DNA of 64,000 bases, taken from the NCBI GenBank assembly GCA_977020255.1, contig CDROCS010000288.1, positions 1,798,001 through 1,862,000 on the forward strand, given 5' to 3'. The notes under the pieces are model-generated. The model was not told where the DNA came from and did no database searches. It worked only from the letters and a program-made list of their open reading frames with translations. The DNA comes from Obrimoposthia wandeli. Lineage: Eukaryota. Position numbers and translations under genes: made by a program. This document shows positions 58,711-64,000 of the stretch, piece after piece; the first letter of the stretch is position 1; every line of letters begins with the position of its first letter.

Positions 58711-59854
58711 TCAATTTAAATTGACATTTAAAAAAATAATCTGAAGTACCCACAATTAGGGAGAAATTCCATTTTAGCCTCCGACGTGGTAAAAACCCCG
58801 TTTCGCCTTGCCAGTCTAGTCAGGGAGGCGGCTAGATAAGTGGTTTTGACCACCAAAGATTTTTCTGCCCAGAAAAGACATCAATGTCCTCATGTGCCAC
58901 GGACAAGTTGTGGACTTTCCCTCACCGTCTCCTCCTACCAATCTGTAACCTGACTGCGGTTCTTCGGACGGCGGCATCGGCCGTCTCTCCTCCATCATCC
59001 ACCAGCAGTCACAACAATCAAAACAGCGATGACCGCAAATTGTTCTTCTCTCCCTTTGCTGCACATACACACACTTCAGCCTCTCTCCCTCTGCTGCACA
59101 TTATTGATTTTTGGTCTATGTGATTGACAATATATAAATCACGGCGAGACAATTTTCCCGTTACCACTGCTGCGACAAGAGTCACTCTCAATTTATCCCT
59201 CTCTCCGGATCCCTGCCTGTCAATTCTCATCCCGCTATCTCGGCGGCATATACTGTTGCTATATCTCCTCTCTCATCCCTTGCCTCTCAACTTGACGGTG
59301 TCCCTCTATCCTTGTCAACCAGTCTGCAAGCAAATTCTCTGTCTTGTGACTATCTCTCTCTCCATTCTACCTGCTGACATTTCTCCCTCTCAATCCCCGC
59401 AAATTTTCTCTCAGCAGCGGCAATTGTCTACGTGTCTGTATGCACAGTGTAGTGTTTAAAGCTCTAACACTATACTAAAAAAATCAATGAATTCGGCAGG
59501 ATTCTGTGTGTTTTTGGGCAGCTCGACGATTCAAGTGAAAATTTCAACCATGCTCCGAAACGGATCTAAATAAAGCGACTTTCATATGTGCGACCGATGA
59601 TCAAATGTTGGCATGGTTGAACATTCGATATGTGATTTATTATATTACTCTCCCTCTCTCGAATGAATCTAAATATAACTTTATTTTGCTGCACATACAC
59701 ATACGATGCACTTTTCCCTCTGCTGCACATTGACATTTGTGATCGACAATATAAATAAAGTAGGTGTCTCCTGATACGGACACTACCTATTATTACTTGT
59801 TAAAATTAACAAAAATTTACTGTGAACATTTTGATATTTAAAAACTGAACTGTT

Positions 59855-59995
59855 GATTTTGATGAATTTATTGTCTAATGAAATTTGACTGAAGCTTCTT
59901 TTCCCAAATAAAAACTCGTGCATTTTGGTGAATTTATTGTCTAATAAAATTTGACTGAAGCTTCTTTTCCCAAATAAAAACTCGTGAATTTTGGA
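59855..59995. repeat. Two ~69-bp tandem copies
   Basis: TGAATTTATTGTCTAAT(G/A)AAATTTGACTGAAGCTTCTTTTCCCAAATAAAAACTCGTG occurs twice. Confidence 0.85.
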
Positions 59996-60123
59996 AAACA
60001 AACAAACAAAATTAACATTATTTATAAATATATCAACTTGAAAATTTGATTGTATTTGGGTGCGATCTTCAAGAGTTTTTAACTGACAACATTATTAACA
60101 ATTTGGTAACATTCATAACAATT

Positions 60124-60136
60124 TGGTGAGCTCGAC
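60124..60136 (+). promoter_or_regulatory. Putative PBS (tRNA-Trp-like) of the plus-strand gag element
   Basis: TGGTGAGCTCGAC versus TGGTGACCCCGAC; 3 nt after the LTR-end-like CATAACA. Confidence 0.45.
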
Positions 60137-60476
60137 AAAGAGCACAGGATTACAAGGAGGTTACTACAGTTACTACAGGCTAGTTATTTTTATTTATTTT
60201 CTGATATTTTGTTGTTAAATTTAATATTTTATTATTGAATTACAGTTCTCTCAGGATATATTATTCATTTAGACTAACTGCTTTTACCAATTAACATATT
60301 ATTGATAATTGATTCATTTATTTTACAATATTATTTACAGTGGATATGTTTTATTTATTTGTTGATACTTATTCTTTAGAACAGAATAACATTTTAAATT
60401 GTTTTCAGTAGACTTATATTTAGTTTTACCGTATTGTCTTGATTTGATTTCACATTTTTCAACTTTAAAATACTGA

Positions 60477-60870
60477 ATAGTTGAGGGGTTTGCAGCTTTG
60501 CGCACAAGCCTCGTAAGTTTAAAATACTAAATAGGAATTTAACTTAAAAATTATATAAACTATTATTAATTTGAATATAATAGTTACATTTACCTTGATT
60601 TAGTGAAATTTATTGAAAGATTGAAAATTTCTTTTGCATTTTTAACTATAGTTTGCTTATATATTGTATATTTTTAGTTATTTAACGATTATATTTGACA
60701 TTTTTAAATTTTTCATATAGTTGAGGTGTTTGCAGCTTTGCGCACAAGCCTCGTACATTTTAATTACTAAATAGTTGAGGTGTTTGCAGCTTTGCGCACA
60801 AGCCTCGTAAGTTTAAATTACTAAATAGTTGAGGTGTTTGCAGCTTTGCGCACAAGCCTCGTAAGATTAA
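60477..60870. repeat. 54-bp repeat, four copies (one dispersed, three tandem), in the retroelement leader
   Basis: ATAGTTGAGGTGTTTGCAGCTTTGCGCACAAGCCTCGTAAGTTTAAATTACTAA. Confidence 0.9.
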
Positions 60871-61907
60871 ACATAGTTTTGTTTTCTGAAACATAGTCGA
60901 GTTCTGTTCTCTAATTTTCTTGTATAATTTGAGTTGTGTTGGTCATTTTAATTGTAAAATTAATAGAAAATAATTTATTGGTTTTCGGAGTTCTGTTCAC
61001 ATAAAGGCTAAACACTGGCTGTTGTAGGATAGAGTTTTGAACACTGACAAATAAATTACAATAAATTTTTTAAGGAAAAATTTAACATTTTCCTTCAAAC
61101 TGGTTTACCAATAAAGATTCGTTTTTGAGAACTATAAATTGGAGTGGATTTGTCTATTAGGGGCGTAATAGTAAAATAAAAAGATAATAAAAGTTTAAAG
61201 AATTATATATATATATTTTTGAATAAAAAATAAAACTGATCAAAAATTTGAAATTTTGTCGCAAATTGTCTTGTTTCCCAAGTTACGTCGAGTGCTATCA
61301 TAAAGACTATATACTGGTTGACGGTGGTAGTGCTCAAAGTGATAAGAGACAGAGATTTTCTGAGAGAAATTTTTGAGTCTTGATATTTATATATATAAAT
61401 TAAAAAACAACATAAAATAAAATAAAACTTCGGATAGATAGATTTTCTCCAGAGATTTTCAGAGAACGTGTTTTTAATATTGTTAAGAGAGTTTGATTTT
61501 GAGATTGACTAAATAACTTTTACGAATATCACTGAAATATTTTTAGTTTCAGCACGCATTACGCATTTTTCATTTTTCACAATATTTGTTTTTGAAATTT
61601 TAAAATAAATTATAACAACACAAACCCAAAGTACTATCACAAAAAACAGACACACAAAATAAATAAACAAAAACGTAGCGCTAGCCTTCACTGGAGAAGA
61701 ATTCAAACAAGATTAGTTAGGACAGACTCCAGTGAAAAAACGATTCAAAGACCCAAATCACAAATCAGTTTTACAACAAATAACGATTTACTTACACAGA
61801 CTTCCTCACTCTTAGAACATCTAAACCTAACATTAACTTCAGATACAGAGAGTTTACCTTCACCACAAACATCTGACTCGGATAGTTCGTCAGAGATAAC
61901 GGAAGCA

Positions 61908-63220
61908 ATGGCCGTACCAGAACCACCTATTGTACAAATAAACAACGAACAAATAATCAATCAACCTCAAATAATGGCTGAACATAAGTTAAATGTTCCA
62001 TTAGACGCTTTCAATGGCGATAAATCTTCACTACCTGAATTTTTAAATAGATTTGATTCATTTGCTCAGGCATTTGAATGGACTAATGTAGAGAAACTTA
62101 GGGTTTTCCGGCGTATTTAAAGGGCACTGCCTTAACAATTTATAGAGGATTAACTAATGAACAGAAAGACACATGGGACCATTTGGTCCAGAATTTTCAA
62201 AATATGATTTTAGGAGCACAGTCTGAACAAAATTACCTTAACCAATTTAGGCAACGTGAACAACATATGGGAGAACCCACAAATATCTTTGCAGTTGAAT
62301 TACGAAGATTAGCCTTAAAATCATTTCCCGGAATTGAGGAAGTCTTAAGAGAACGCTTACTCCTACATCAGTTTCTATATGGGCTAAACAATAAAATAAA
62401 AAATCACCCAGCACTACTAGAAGTAAAAAATTTTCAACAGGCTGTAAATAAAGCTCAACTTGTAGAAACAAGATTAAACATGTTACAACAATCTGAAGTT
62501 TCAGTATTAACCTTTGAAAAAATACAAAGACCAACAACACCACCAAATTTCAATCAAACTCAAAACTATAACTCAAACAGACAATCTAATTACCAAAACC
62601 AACAACAATATACACCACCGACAAATAACTTTTATAGAAATCAAACAAACAGAAACTATACAGACTCACAAATTACACAAAGACCTTTCCAGAAATGTAC
62701 AAATTGTGGACTACAAAATCACACAATAGAAAATTGTCATAAAATAACCAACAACAAATTTTGTAGATTTTGTAAAAAAGACAATCATACTATTGAAACT
62801 TGCCGAAAATTGTTATGCAGACAAAGTAATAATATAAGACCACAAAATAATAACTTTAATAATCCAAATAATAATTTCAAAAATGCAAATAGTAATTTTA
62901 GAAGCCCATATAATAATTTTACTAATTTTAATAATCAAGCTAAATATTTTAATACTAATACAAAATTTTGTAAAATTTGTAATATGAAAAATCACAATAC
63001 TGATGAATGTAGCAAACTAAATACAATGATGAACCAATTTGGTAACACAACAATAAAACAACAACAACAACCACAACCACAGATTCAAAAAACAGTACAG
63101 TTTAACAATCAAAATCAACAATATGTTTACAGAAATCCAATACATACTATTGAAAACACTGATAACTCAAGAAACAGAAAAAGTCGCATTGATGAGATTA
63201 AGACAACAAGAAATAGATAA
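61908..63220 (+). pseudogene. Gypsy gag with three CX2CX4HX4C zinc knuckles; frameshift near 62120
   Basis: FNGDKSSLPEFLNRFD..W; QFRQREQHMGEPTNIFAVELRRLALKSFP..QFLYGL; CTNCGLQNHTIENC, CRFCKKDNHTIETC, CKICNMKNHNTDEC. Confidence 0.88.
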
Positions 63221-63543
63221 TCGCTACAAAGAAACACATCAACAATACCAAAACAATGAGCAAAACACAAATAGTACCAACTCTCAATCCGAATTCGGAG
63301 ATATATTTAGAAATGGTTGTCTAACATTAGAAAAAAGAACACAAATAAGTACAAAAATAAATCAAACTACTCAAACACAAAATACAAAATCTAAAAGTAA
63401 AAATAAACAAAAAACACCAAAAAATAGTAAAAAGACAACTCTTATAAATACATATAATTTCAACAAAATCATCCAGAATTTATGGAAAATAATTCATGTA
63501 ATATTTACGATATGTATAATTACAAATATAATAAGTAGGTGGA

Positions 63544-63668
63544 TGTGTCCGGTCTAATCCACACCCCACCTTGTCCTTTAAAACCGTGCATGTGTGTGGA
63601 GTGAAATTTCGTGTAGGTGTGTGGAGTGAAATTTCACTCCACACACATGCACGGTTTTAAAGGACAAG
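63544..63668. repeat. Start of an LTR folded back on itself (38-bp perfect inverted arms 63570-63607 / 63631-63668)
   Basis: PPT-like AAGTAGGTGGA followed by TGTGTCCGGTCTAATCCACAC, homologous to 16325-16400; arm CTTGTCCTTTAAAACCGTGCATGTGTGTGGAGTGAAAT and its reverse complement. Confidence 0.8.
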
Positions 63669-63676
63669 TGGGGGGG

Positions 63677-64000
63677 TACATGGCCGTTCTTAGTTGGTGG
63701 AGTGATTTGTCTGGTTAATTCCGATAACGAACGAGATTCTAACCTGCTAAATAGTATTTGTGTGATAAGTAGCACAAACTGACTTCTTAGATGAATCAAT
63801 GGCCTTTAGCCAAATGAGATGGAGCAATAACAGGTCTGTGATGCCCTTAGATGTACGGGGCCGCACGCGCGCTACAATGGCAGTATCAGCGAGTATTCAA
63901 TCCTAGCTAGAAATGGCCGGGTAACCTGCTGAAACACTGTCGTATCAGGAATTGTGGATTGCAATTTTTCCACATGAACGAGGAATCCCTAGTAAGTGCA
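63677..64000 (+). rRNA. 18S rRNA fragment (3' major domain), 5'-truncated, runs off the window
   Basis: CATGGCCGTTCTTAGTTGGTGGAG, TCTGGTTAATTCCGATAACGAACGAGA, GCAATAACAGGTCTGTGATGCCCTTAGATG, CGCACGCGCGCTACA, GAACGAGGAAT conserved blocks. Confidence 0.95.

Noticed and set aside
60477-60870. CRISPR-like appearance of spaced palindromic repeats
   Set aside because: Intervening sequences are near-identical rather than unique spacers; eukaryotic context; no cas genes

Overview
AT-rich eukaryotic (animal) genomic window dominated by decayed and nested mobile elements. The short (37-44 bp) GT-AG introns suggest a compact invertebrate genome, but the taxon cannot be fixed without a search; the 18S fragment would settle it. 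The only clearly intact host gene is a two-exon BiP/HSPA5 (12885-14920, minus strand) with a perfect ERSE in its promoter. Left end (1-7819, minus): a Ty3/Gypsy-type retroelement with the unusual order gag - unknown - chuvirus-like glycoprotein - aspartic protease - IAP (BIR-BIR-UBA-RING) - second aspartic protease - pol. Centre (33917-46537): a complete 12.6 kb Polinton/Maverick with AGT termini, long TIRs and a 6-bp TSD, inserted in a small hAT element. Besides pPolB, ATPase, integrase, minor and major capsid proteins and protease, it encodes a TBP-like protein. A recurrent TATAAACAA motif lies 35-44 bp upstream of four of its genes, and the inner part of its TIRs is homologous to the TBP-like gene. 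A decayed homologue of that TBP-like gene, with an apparent 37-bp intron, lies at 9.5-9.9 kb. Right part: a second retroelement remnant (54-58.7 kb, minus) with an integrase tail fused to a membrane protein and a REX4/ISG20-like exonuclease; a gag with three zinc knuckles; a fold-back LTR edge; and an abrupt junction into 18S rDNA. MULE, hAT, Tc1/pogo-type MITE and fold-back elements fill the rest. All protein assignments come from motif recognition by eye, not from database searches.
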